Counted from the first letter of the stretch, positions 27,443 to 36,055 are shown. The stretch: DNA of 38,735 nt from Candidatus Uhrbacteria bacterium (GCA_043805995.1 JAZDHJ010000064.1:1-38735), one strand, 5' to 3'. Program-made: numbers and translations. The notes: generated by a model not told the origin, from the letters alone.

Positions 27443-28722
27443 ATGATGCTTCCAAATCTCTCGGAAAGAAATAAAAAAATTTTGCTGGTTATTCTTTTCT
27501 TATTTCCGTAATTGGCATAGGAGTACTATTATATTTTGTATTTTTAGCTCCCAAACAGCCAGCTGGAACAAATGTCGCCAACGTAGCCCCAATCGGTGGC
27601 GGCCTGCCAACAGCCGGAACCGGTCGGCCGTCTGTGGTTATCACCAAACCAACCGGTACTGAAGCCTTACCCGAAGCCGATGAAGTGGCTAGAGGCGGTT
27701 TGACCCAAGTCACGGTTTTAACGGCCACGGCTGTTTCCGAAGTTACCACTTCCGCCGATGGTCTTGGTGCCAATTATTACGACAATAGTGACGGTCGTTT
27801 TTATTCTATGGCCACCGACGGCACACCGACTCGATTATCCAACAAACAATTCCCCGACGTTGAAAGCGTGGCTTGGAATCAAGATAACGAAAAAGCTGTA
27901 ATTGAATTTCCGGACGGTTCAAACATAATTTATGATTTTGTCTCAGAAGTTCAAGTCACTCTGCCAAAACATTGGGAAGATTTTTCTTTCTCGCCAACCA
28001 CCGATGAAATAATTTCTAAAAGTATCGGCCTTGATCCTGACAATCGAGGTTTGATTGTCTCGAACGATGACGGTTCACAAACTCAAGTTGTTCAAGCCCT
28101 TGGCGACAACGCCGATAAGGTCCAAATCAACCCTTCTCCGACCGATCAAATTATTGCTTTTTCCGACACAGCTAGTAGCCAAACAAGCTTGAGTTCAAAA
28201 ATGATTATTCCGATCGGTAAAAATCATGAAAATTTCGACGGTCTAACTGTGGAAGGTATGGGTTTTGAATCTACCTGGAGTCCGCGAGGTAGCACTCTTC
28301 TCTACTCAGTTGCTGGTGAGTACAGCAACTATCGACCTTTACTTTGGGCTGTTTCCGGCAATCTTTCTACCTTTGGTGATGAACGTCGCACGCTTGGCTT
28401 AAACACCTGGGTCAATAAATGCACTTTTGCCGATGACACAACGGCCTATTGTGCCGTTCCTCAACAAATGGAAGACAACTGGGGTTTACAACCGGTTCTG
28501 GCCGCTCGAGTTCCGGACGATCTTTATCTTATAAACCTAGCCTCCGGAAAATCTTCTTTAATAGCCAGACCGGCTGAAAATGTTTCCATGAGTAACCTTT
28601 CACTATCCGATGACAACACCTCCTTATTCTTTACCGATTCATTAACCGGTCGTTTGGAATTGATCAAATTGCAAAAACCACTTTTATGCACGTACAGCAT
28701 CGTTGGCTCACCTTACTGGTAA
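27443..28722 (+). CDS. Membrane-anchored TolB/WD40-like beta-propeller protein with a 1-nt frameshift near 27473-27503
   Basis: ATG 27443 gives MMLPNLSERNKKILLVILFL then a stop at 27509; the -1 frame continues ISVIGIGVLLYFVFLAPK... into the 27634-28722 ORF, which has W/F-S-P propeller repeats (VAWNQ, FSFSPT, STWSPRG). Confidence 0.75.
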
Positions 28723-29348
28723 TTACCTTTTTAACCGCCATAATTTTTCTTTTCTTTTATTTACACTTGCGTCCAGTTTGGACACCCGAAAAAGATAAAC
28801 CAAAAAGTCTAACAACTATTACAACTATCGCCGCTCCCACCGTAACTTTTGTTAACCCAAAAAAAGGTGCCAGCCAACCAAAATTAACTATTGTTGAATT
28901 TGGTGATTACCAATGCGAATCCTGTAAAGATCTGTCCGCTGCCTTAGACGTTCTAATCCGCACGGTGCCGGAAATTCAGGTAGTTTGGAAGGATATGCCG
29001 AATGATTCTGTTCACGATTTGGCTACACCCAGTGCCATCGCCGCCCGTTGTGCCGACAATCAAGGTAAATTTTGGGAATTTCACGATATTCTTTTTGATA
29101 AACAAATAATTTTATCTAACGAACTCTTTCCTGCTCTGGCCCAAGAACTTGGTCTTGATAAGGAAAAATTCAGTCAGTGTTTTGAAAACCAAGAAACCTT
29201 ACCATTGGTAGAGAAAGATTTGGAAGAAGCCTTGGCTTTACAAATAACCGCTGTGCCAACCATCTTCATTGGCGATGAACGCATTACCGGCTCCTTAACA
29301 GCCGAGGAGCTTTTGTCTTTAGTACGGACAAAAATAAACAACCAATAA
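28686..29348 (+). CDS. DsbA-family thiol-disulfide oxidoreductase, membrane anchored
   Basis: TM helix, IVEFGDYQCESC (CxxC), AARCA.NQGKFWEFHD.LF, AVPTIFI cis-Pro loop. Confidence 0.92.
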   Translation: MHVQHRWLTLLVITFLTAIIFLFFYLHLRPVWTPEKDKPKSLTTITTIAAPTVTFVNPKKGASQPKLTIVEFGDYQCESCKDLSAALDVLIRTVPEIQVVWKDMPNDSVHDLATPSAIAARCADNQGKFWEFHDILFDKQIILSNELFPALAQELGLDKEKFSQCFENQETLPLVEKDLEEALALQITAVPTIFIGDERITGSLTAEELLSLVRTKINNQ

Positions 29349-29352
29349 CTTT

Positions 29353-30621
29353 ATGACCGGTTACAAAAAAATCGCAATTTTTTTTCTAAGTTTCTTTTTT
29401 TTGTTTCCTCTAACTTCGGTTAAGGCTGTAGACTATTATTGTGGCTGTATATCTGGTCGTAATTGCATACCTGGGGCGGCCATCACGGAACTGGATTGCC
29501 AAAATGAATGCGCAAATGCCGTAAACAATTTGGGAGAACATCTTTACAGTGGGAATACCTGGTTTCCTAACGCCGGAGCCTGCGGAACAGCTGTAATGTC
29601 CCCGGCTGCCACCACAACAATTCCAGCCACCACCGTTTCGCCAGGGTCAGCCTTGGTCCCCATCTTGGGTTCTACCACTTACGAAAAACCAGTTCTTAGT
29701 GTCAATATCCCAACCGTTTCTTTCTCCGAAGTAATATCGGAAAACGGCTATTTGGAAATCAACTGGCTTGGTGAATACATTAACGGGCTTTATCAATTTC
29801 TTTTAAGTATTGGTGGAATTTTTGCCGTTTTAATGATCATGATCGGCGGAATACAATATGTTATCTCTCGTGGCGGCGGTGAGATGAGTGAGGCCAAAAA
29901 AAGAATGACCAATGCGCTTACTGGTCTGGTACTTTTGTTTAGTGTCTTTATTATTTTATCTACGGTAAGTCCGGGGCTAATTTCTTTTGACGCTCTTAAC
30001 ATAAAAATACAATCTGGCATTGCTTATGAAAGCGCCGTAACCACCTTTGCTGACAACGGTCCTTGTTCGGCCGGAGAATCTTTGTTTGGTATAAGTACTC
30101 AACAAGATTGTTTATTAAACACTTTTGGTAAAACCGAAGCTGAAGTCGCTGCCCGTTTAAAACCCGTAACTTTTAGGGGTCGAACTTATATGGTTCATGA
30201 ATTGGTGGTTGAAGATTATCAAAAAGCCTTTGACGCCATTGATGCCACTCGCACAACTTATGATCTTACTCGCAGCTCGGCCGGTGGCACCTTTAATTGG
30301 CGCTGTAATAAAAATAGTCAAAAATATTTAAGCCCACATGCTTTTGGTATAGCTTTAGATATTAATCCCGACACTAATCCCAACTGCAAGGCCGAATGTC
30401 GACCAGACAATTGGGGGAGTATGACCGAAGAAGAACGATCTCAAACCCCCTGTTCCTGCATTGGTGGAGATGATTGTGCTACAGTCTGTCGATCAGCAGC
30501 TCCTTATGATATTCCTATTGGTTTTATTCAAATATTCAAAGACAGTGGAATTCGTTGGGGTGGAGAATGGAATAATGTAAAAGACTGGATGCATTTTCAG
30601 TCGCAAAAATACTGTTTTTAA
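29353..30621 (+). CDS. Pilin-like (TrbC/VirB2-type TM hairpin) protein fused to an M15 zinc peptidase
   Basis: Signal peptide, Cys-rich N-domain, GIFAVLMIMIGGIQYV.S.G......AKKRM.NAL.GLVL motif, then FNWR......LSPHAFGIALDIN and WGGEW....DWMHFQ M15 motifs. Confidence 0.85.
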   Translation: MTGYKKIAIFFLSFFFLFPLTSVKAVDYYCGCISGRNCIPGAAITELDCQNECANAVNNLGEHLYSGNTWFPNAGACGTAVMSPAATTTIPATTVSPGSALVPILGSTTYEKPVLSVNIPTVSFSEVISENGYLEINWLGEYINGLYQFLLSIGGIFAVLMIMIGGIQYVISRGGGEMSEAKKRMTNALTGLVLLFSVFIILSTVSPGLISFDALNIKIQSGIAYESAVTTFADNGPCSAGESLFGISTQQDCLLNTFGKTEAEVAARLKPVTFRGRTYMVHELVVEDYQKAFDAIDATRTTYDLTRSSAGGTFNWRCNKNSQKYLSPHAFGIALDINPDTNPNCKAECRPDNWGSMTEEERSQTPCSCIGGDDCATVCRSAAPYDIPIGFIQIFKDSGIRWGGEWNNVKDWMHFQSQKYCF

Positions 30622-30626
30622 TTTTT

Positions 30627-32012
30627 ATGTTTGCCTGCACCAAATGCGACGCCCAATTCCCCAAATGGTCCGGTCGCTGTACCGAATGTCAAGGCTGGGG
30701 GACACTCAAAGAATCGGACGAATCCGAAATTATTTCTCATAAAAATTCAAAATCAAAACCAACCGGCAAAACCGGAGTTTTGTTATCGCAAGAAAAATCC
30801 TTAGCCCAAGCCCGCATCTCAAGTGGCGAAGCCGAAGTTGATCGAGTACTCGGTGGCGGGATTGTTCCCGGCTCGCTCATTTTACTTTCAGGCGAACCGG
30901 GGGTTGGTAAATCGACATTGGTGGCCCAGATTGCGACCTTGCTTCCCCCACCCCCGCCCTCCCCCGTCGCGGCGACAGGAGAGGGAGACTTAGGTGGGTT
31001 TGTGCTTTATATTTCTGGCGAGGAATCGGCTGGGCAACTTGCGACTCGTTTTGAACGACTGGGGAAAAAATTTGATCGAGTTAAATATTTGGAAGTGGAA
31101 CCGGTGGAAACCATCATTTCCAGCATTGAAAAAGAAAAACCGATTTTGGCGATTATCGATTCCATCCAAACCGTCAATTCTTTGGATCTCGATGGCGCGG
31201 CTGGTAATCCAAATGTTGTTCGCTACGTTACCAATCTCCTCCTCCAATGTGCCAAACAAACCAACATCCCAATCATGATCATCGGCCAGGTGACCAAAGA
31301 CGGCTCAGTCGCCGGTCCAAAAACTCTTGAGCATCTCGTCGACGCCGTTCTATCACTCGAAGGCGATCCGGTTCATGCTTTCAGAATTTTACGAGCCACA
31401 AAAAATCGTTTTGGTTCAACTGATGAGGTTGGGGTTTTTGAAATGGCTAAAAACGGACTCGTAGCTGTACCAAATCCTTCGGAAAGATTTTTGGCCGAGC
31501 GACAGAATTCACCGGGTTCAGTCATCACCGCCGCTCTTGAAGGCTCACGAGTTTTTTTAATCGAAGTCCAAGCCCTAGTCGAAAAAAGTTTCTACCCTTC
31601 CCCAGTTCGCCGCGCTTCGGGTTTTGACGTAAACCGATTACAAATGTTATCAGCCATACTCTCCTCACGCGCCGGATTAAATCTCGGCGATAAAGATATT
31701 TATGTGAATGTCATTGGTGGTATGGAACTAAAAGAACCGGCAGCCGATCTCGCGGTTTGCGCGGCTATTTTGTCGGCAGTAAAACCCCCACCCCTAACCC
31801 CTCCCCCAAAGGCAGGAGGGGAAAATACTGAACCAATGGTTTATTTTGGCGAGGTGGGATTGGGTGGCGAGGTTCGCTCGGTTCTCGGAGCTGAACGACG
31901 GTTGAATGAGGTGGCGCGGATCGGCTTGAAACGAGCAGCGGTGCCACAGAAAAATATTGGAGAGATTAAATCGCTGGAGGTGGTTGGGGTGAAGTCGGTG
32001 AGGGAGTTGTAG
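30627..32012 (+). CDS. radA: DNA repair protein RadA/Sms
   Basis: C4 zinc finger (CTKC..KWSGRCTEC), GEPGVGKST, IDSIQT, AGPKTLEHLVD, KNRFG, FGEVGLGGEVR. Confidence 0.97.
   Translation: MFACTKCDAQFPKWSGRCTECQGWGTLKESDESEIISHKNSKSKPTGKTGVLLSQEKSLAQARISSGEAEVDRVLGGGIVPGSLILLSGEPGVGKSTLVAQIATLLPPPPPSPVAATGEGDLGGFVLYISGEESAGQLATRFERLGKKFDRVKYLEVEPVETIISSIEKEKPILAIIDSIQTVNSLDLDGAAGNPNVVRYVTNLLLQCAKQTNIPIMIIGQVTKDGSVAGPKTLEHLVDAVLSLEGDPVHAFRILRATKNRFGSTDEVGVFEMAKNGLVAVPNPSERFLAERQNSPGSVITAALEGSRVFLIEVQALVEKSFYPSPVRRASGFDVNRLQMLSAILSSRAGLNLGDKDIYVNVIGGMELKEPAADLAVCAAILSAVKPPPLTPPPKAGGENTEPMVYFGEVGLGGEVRSVLGAERRLNEVARIGLKRAAVPQKNIGEIKSLEVVGVKSVREL
30943..30988 (+). repeat. Family-A palindrome inserted in frame in radA
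   Basis: cccccacccccgccctcccc-cgtcgcggcgaca-ggagagggaga, translated as PPPPPSPVAATGEG after the Walker A helix. Confidence 0.85.
31784..31823 (+). repeat. Family-A palindrome inserted in frame in radA
   Basis: cccccacccctaacccctccc-ccaaaggc-aggagggg, translated as PPPLTPPPKAGGE in the Lon-like domain. Confidence 0.8.
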
Positions 32013-32034
32013 TGTGCCTCTCTCGTCGGGTGGT

Positions 32035-32211
32035 TCCCCTCACCCTCCCCTTCGCTGGGCTTCGGCGGAGCAGGCCAACCCTCTCCCGCCGAGAGGGAGA
32101 ATAATTTTTATTTTGTTATAAAAAACAATCGACGGATTTTACGATTTTTTTCTTTTTTACAACAATCCAAGAATCCCCCCTCTCCATCAGGAGAGGGTTG
32201 AGGTGAGGGGA
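32035..32211. repeat. REPIN-like unit (inward family-A pair), left flank of the candidate ncRNA
   Basis: cccctcaccc..[nested insert]..ccaaccctctcccgccgagagggaga, spacer with aaaaacaatcgac, inverted copy ccctctccatcaggagagggttgaggtgagggga. Confidence 0.8.
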
Positions 32212-32221
32212 AAAACTTTAT

Positions 32222-32263
32222 AAAAAAAGAACACCCCGAGATATCATGCGACATCAAGGGGTG
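32222..32263 (-). terminator. Intrinsic terminator for the minus-strand noncoding transcript
   Basis: Minus strand cacccc-tt-gatgtc-gcat-gatatc-tc-ggggtg followed by ttcttttttt. Confidence 0.75.
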
Positions 32264-32409
32264 GGGAGAAAGAGGGAAAAGGCACCTCGGACAGGATTGT
32301 CCAAGGGCGCGTCTGATTTTTCCCACCGACCAGGCGCGGACAGACAAAGGAGGCTTCTGAAAAAATTCCTCACCTATGTCTTAAATTTATCTTCACCGCT
32401 TTGTCAAAG

Positions 32410-33275
32410 GCGGGATAGGACGGCTCGGCATGTCCCCTTAAAAGGTACGACAGCCGGCCCTTGAAATTTGGTCATTGATCAGCCATATGGCCGGCAGATG
32501 CGGTGTACGAAAACACCCGATCTTTGACCGAAACTCCCGTTTCGTCTGAGTCCTCTCCTCCGTACGTCCTGACGGGAGAGCTCAACCAATATCGCCCTAC
32601 TGCGTCTTCAGGAAGACACAGCCCTCTTTTTGACTACAACCTCGATTGACGATATTGATTCCGATTCACAGAACCAAAGATCGTAAAACCCTCGAGATTA
32701 CTCCCAAAACCCTTTGGATGCGACGCCTAAGGTTTTATTTTCCTACTAGGAACCTCATCATTAAGGCTGCTAATACGGGAGCGGCAGGTAACCAACCCAC
32801 CAACTTGTCCTAACCTCTACACTCCAGCGGTTCTGGAGTGTCGATTCTCTTTACCAAGCCTGTCATTCCCCCACGAACCGAGTAATGGGGACAGGCGACA
32901 TTCGACGTTATTTTTTTTAACTGCGTGTCCTGCAGAACATCGCTGACACGTATCGGAACTTACGTCCGATTATTTTCACCCCGTCGTGCCAGAAACGGAG
33001 TGCTTTTTTATCTGGCGTGTGAGACTGGGAACCCTGCAGCCTCGTCGCAGTCTTCAGAGGTGGCATCGAAACGCCGCCTCCGGGAGGGGTTCCTCTCCTA
33101 TTGTGCGAACGACGCGAGTCATCGTACCGGTCGAACGCAACTTTCGCCCTCGATCCTTCTTCGGATCGCAAGCAACCGTTCGTTCAGCGGACACCGACTT
33201 CTCACCATCGTCCAGTTCGTAAGGCCTAACGGCGCCGACCACTGAAGGTCGTTGTCGCCCAGGTCACTTTCGAAC
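32410..33275 (-). ncRNA. Candidate large structured noncoding RNA (about 870 nt core, up to about 1050 nt to the terminator), class unassigned
   Basis: GC-rich, no credible ORF, own promoter, continuous hairpins and long-range helices with G-U pairs on the minus strand, UUCG and GNRA loops, H-type pseudoknot at 32977-33016. Confidence 0.7.
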
Positions 33276-33280
33276 GATTC

Positions 33281-33309
33281 AGACTACCATGTTTTGACGA
33301 TTCTGTCAA
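33281..33309 (-). promoter_or_regulatory. Near-consensus sigma70 promoter driving the candidate ncRNA
   Basis: TTGACA (33309-33304)-17 nt-TAGTCT (33286-33281) with extended -10 TG; no protein gene downstream on this strand. Confidence 0.75.
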
Positions 33310-33366
33310 GAGGCGTTGGGTGGAAATTTGAAAAATGGCTTATTTTTTGGTGTTTTTTTGACTTTA

Positions 33367-33521
33367 TCCCCTCACCCCAACCCTCTCCCGACTGGGGTGG
33401 TATTTTAATTTTTGTTTGATCACAAAAAAACAATCGACTGGTTTATTTGATCGATTGTTTTTATTTTCTTAAAAACCCAATAATCCTCCCTCTCCGTCGG
33501 GAGAGGGTTGGGGTGAGGGGA
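33367..33521. repeat. REPIN-like unit with central terminator hairpin, right flank of the candidate ncRNA
   Basis: cccctcaccccaaccctctcccgac ... gtcgggagagggttggggtgagggg inverted pair; central aaaaacaatcga/tcgattgttttt stem 33426-33462 can terminate recG. Confidence 0.8.
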
Positions 33522-33522
33522 C

Positions 33523-35577
33523 TCACTCCAAATGCACCCGCTCAAACCCGACCAAAATATTTTCTTTAACCAACGGATGAACCGACAAATCTGGATCCTG
33601 CTCTAAAATTCGATGGGCCCAGTCACGGGCTTTTTTCATTAAATCTGTGTCGCCAAGGTTGGCAAATTTTAAATCTGGCAAACCGGATTGGGCGGCGCCG
33701 AAGGCATTCCCTGCCCCGCGGATTTTCAAGTCTTCTTCAGCCAAATAAAAACCATCTTGCGATTTCACCATTATTTGCAGACGACGTTGACTGACATAAT
33801 TTGTGTTCTCGGGATACAAAAAACAAAATGACGGAAAACTCGAACGGCCAACTCGACCTCGTAATTGATGCAGTTGAGCTAAACCGAAACGCTCGGCCCC
33901 AAAAATTAGCATCACGGTCGCGTTCGGTACATCGACACCGACTTCGATGACGGTTGTCGAAACCAAAACATCGAGTTCGCCGGCGACGAACGAGGACATA
34001 ATTTTTTCTTTCTCATCACCTTTCATTTGACCATGCAAAAGTCCAACCCGAAATTTTTTGAATTGGTTTTTGGACAATTTTTCTGCCGTCTCTTTGGCCG
34101 AAGCGACACCGAGTGCGTCTGACGGATCGATTAAAGGACAAACAGCAAAAACTTGGTGGCCAGCTTCAATTTCTTTTTGGATTTTTTCGTACATCTTTTT
34201 TTCTTGCGAATAGGTAACGAGCTCAGTCGCAATCGGCAAACGACCTGGTGGTCGCTCATTCAAAATCGATAATTCCAAATCGCCGTAAACTGCGAGAGCG
34301 AGCGAACGTGGAATCGGCGTCGCCGTCATCGACAAAAGATGCGGCGCCTTGTCCTGATTTTGTTTCATTAAAGCGTGACGCTGTTCAACCCCAAAACGAT
34401 GTTGTTCATCAATGATGACCAGAGAAACTTCTGGCATTCGCGCTTTATCTTCAAACAAAGCGTGCGTGCCAACCACACAAGAAATTTCTCCAGCTGTTAG
34501 GGCCTCGAGGAATTTCTTTTTACTCAAAGTTTCTCCATTCCAAATCGCTCGCGTGCGAGTCAACAGAGCTGGCCGAAAATCTGGTAACATTTTCTGCAAA
34601 GTTTGATACTGCTGTTCGGCGAGCAGTTCGGTCGGCGCAAGATAAACCACCCGACCACCGGCTTTGAGCGCGGCGAGTGCACCAATGACCGCGACGACGG
34701 TTTTTCCTGAACCGACATCGCCTTGAAGCAAACGATGCATCGGCTCGGGTTTAGCCAAATCTTTCACAATTTCCCAAGCCGCTTTTCGCTGACCATCAGT
34801 TAATTTGAACGGCAATTTTTCGACAAAATTTTTAATCTCCGACACCGGACACTCAAGCGACTCGGCACCAATGACTACCCGCTCACGTTTCAAATGGGCG
34901 AACATGAGCTGACGCAAAAACAACTCATCGAATTTCAGACGATGAACTGACCGATCAAAAATATCTGACGATGGTGGAAAATGAACGGTCGCGAGAGCCT
35001 GGTGCAGCGGTGGAAAAACTTCGGTCTCACGAATTTCTTTTGGCAGCCAATCAACAAACTCACCAGCCGCTCGAAGCGCTTCTTTAACCGCCGCTCGCAA
35101 ACGCCGACCAGTAAGCGAACCGGTTAAACCATAAATCGGCACAACTCGGCCGGTATTAACCTGGGCGCCCGGCGCTTCGCAAACCGGATTCATAAGAGTG
35201 GTACTGCCAAACTTACGATTGACGCGACCAGCCAAAGAAACCACCGAACCGATTTTTAAAGTCTTCTCCAAATAAGGTTGGTTGAACCAAAGCACTTTCA
35301 GCTCACCAGAATCATTACCAAAAACCGCCTCAGTCAAAGTTAAATGTCGATTACGACTCGGCCGACTTTTTATTGATCTGATCACCCCAACCAAAGTCAC
35401 CGCGTCATCATGCCGCAAAGCGGGAATCGGTTTAGAAACCGAAAAATCATCATACCGAAACGGCACATACCACAAAAGATCGCGGACGGTAAGAACGCCA
35501 AGCCGCGCCAGATCTTTGCCAGCAACCGCACCAATGCCGGGGAGATCTTCAACCGATGTGCCTAAGTGAGTGGACAT
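33523..35577 (-). CDS. recG: ATP-dependent DNA helicase RecG
   Basis: DLL.Y.P.RY.D wedge domain, RLLQGDVGSGKT, APTELLAEQ, DEQHRFGV, MTATPIPR, AERFGLAQLHQLRGRVGR, DGF.LAEEDL..RG.G. Start taken at 35577; the ATG at 35589 lies inside a repeat. Confidence 0.97.
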   Translation of the reverse strand: MSTHLGTSVEDLPGIGAVAGKDLARLGVLTVRDLLWYVPFRYDDFSVSKPIPALRHDDAVTLVGVIRSIKSRPSRNRHLTLTEAVFGNDSGELKVLWFNQPYLEKTLKIGSVVSLAGRVNRKFGSTTLMNPVCEAPGAQVNTGRVVPIYGLTGSLTGRRLRAAVKEALRAAGEFVDWLPKEIRETEVFPPLHQALATVHFPPSSDIFDRSVHRLKFDELFLRQLMFAHLKRERVVIGAESLECPVSEIKNFVEKLPFKLTDGQRKAAWEIVKDLAKPEPMHRLLQGDVGSGKTVVAVIGALAALKAGGRVVYLAPTELLAEQQYQTLQKMLPDFRPALLTRTRAIWNGETLSKKKFLEALTAGEISCVVGTHALFEDKARMPEVSLVIIDEQHRFGVEQRHALMKQNQDKAPHLLSMTATPIPRSLALAVYGDLELSILNERPPGRLPIATELVTYSQEKKMYEKIQKEIEAGHQVFAVCPLIDPSDALGVASAKETAEKLSKNQFKKFRVGLLHGQMKGDEKEKIMSSFVAGELDVLVSTTVIEVGVDVPNATVMLIFGAERFGLAQLHQLRGRVGRSSFPSFCFLYPENTNYVSQRRLQIMVKSQDGFYLAEEDLKIRGAGNAFGAAQSGLPDLKFANLGDTDLMKKARDWAHRILEQDPDLSVHPLVKENILVGFERVHLE

Positions 35578-35582
35578 ACCAA

Positions 35583-35783
35583 CTGTCATTCCGAGTCAAA
35601 GAGGAATCTCGCCTCGTTAATTTTAAAATTATTGAATTATTTAATTATTGCCGTGCCCATCATAGCCCGAGCGGCGGTGGGAATTTTGGAAATTTATTCT
35701 TTGGTATTAGAGCTAACTTTAAATCAAAGAAGATAAAAATTCCTTAATTAAATAATTCACTAATTCAATAATTCGGTAATTAA
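35583..35783. repeat. Repeat cluster upstream of recG: family C, family B and inverted 8-bp AATTATTG/AATTCAAT arrays
   Basis: 35583-35619 is an inverted copy of 15749-15785 (35 of 37); 35653-35681 matches family B at 15630-15663; 8-mer arrays at 35627-35650 and 35746-35783. Confidence 0.8.
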
Positions 35784-35952
35784 ACCCGCCACCTCAGTTT
35801 ACTCTTCCCCAAGATAGTAGCAAAAACCAAACAAAAAAACGAACCTTTTGGGTTGTTTTTTATGATCGAAGACTATGAGCAATCTGGACAACGTACATAT
35901 ACCGAACTCTGACCATCCTTACCGTAGCCTCGTCCAACGAGGCGAAGGGGGA

Positions 35953-36045
35953 TGGCGGAGAGGCAGGGATTTGAACCCTGGCGCCGGGAAAACCCGACCT
36001 AGGAGATTAGCAATCTCCCCCCTTCAGCCTCTTGGGTACCTCTCC
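35953..36045 (-). tRNA. tRNA-Ser (GCT)
   Basis: GGAGAGG/CCTCTCC acceptor stem, G discriminator and encoded CCA, anticodon arm GGAGA-TTGCTAA-TCTCC, long variable arm, GGTTCAAATCC T arm. Confidence 0.97.
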
Positions 36046-36055
36046 GTGTGACAAT

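Noticed and set aside
32108-33245. Short ORFs of 62-106 aa on both strands in the radA-recG spacer
   Set aside because: They overlap each other, are Arg/Ser/Pro-rich, have no recognisable motifs, and are expected by chance in GC-rich structured DNA.
32410-33275. RNase P RNA, tmRNA, group I/II intron or hammerhead identity for the structured region
   Set aside because: GGGGUGAAA..GUAAG and GGUAAA loosely recall RNase P, but the P4 strands (GAGGAAAGUCC and ACAGAA..CGGCUUA) are absent. No tRNA-like GGGG...CCA ends, no GUGYG start or domain V, no clear group I P7, and the CUGAAGA occurrences lack the downstream GAAA core. Judged by eye only.
15834-33525. Alternative genetic code with UGA read as Gly (Gracilibacteria/SR1)
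   Set aside because: TGA terminates pheS, htpX and recG at their expected ends, and long genes have no in-frame TGA.
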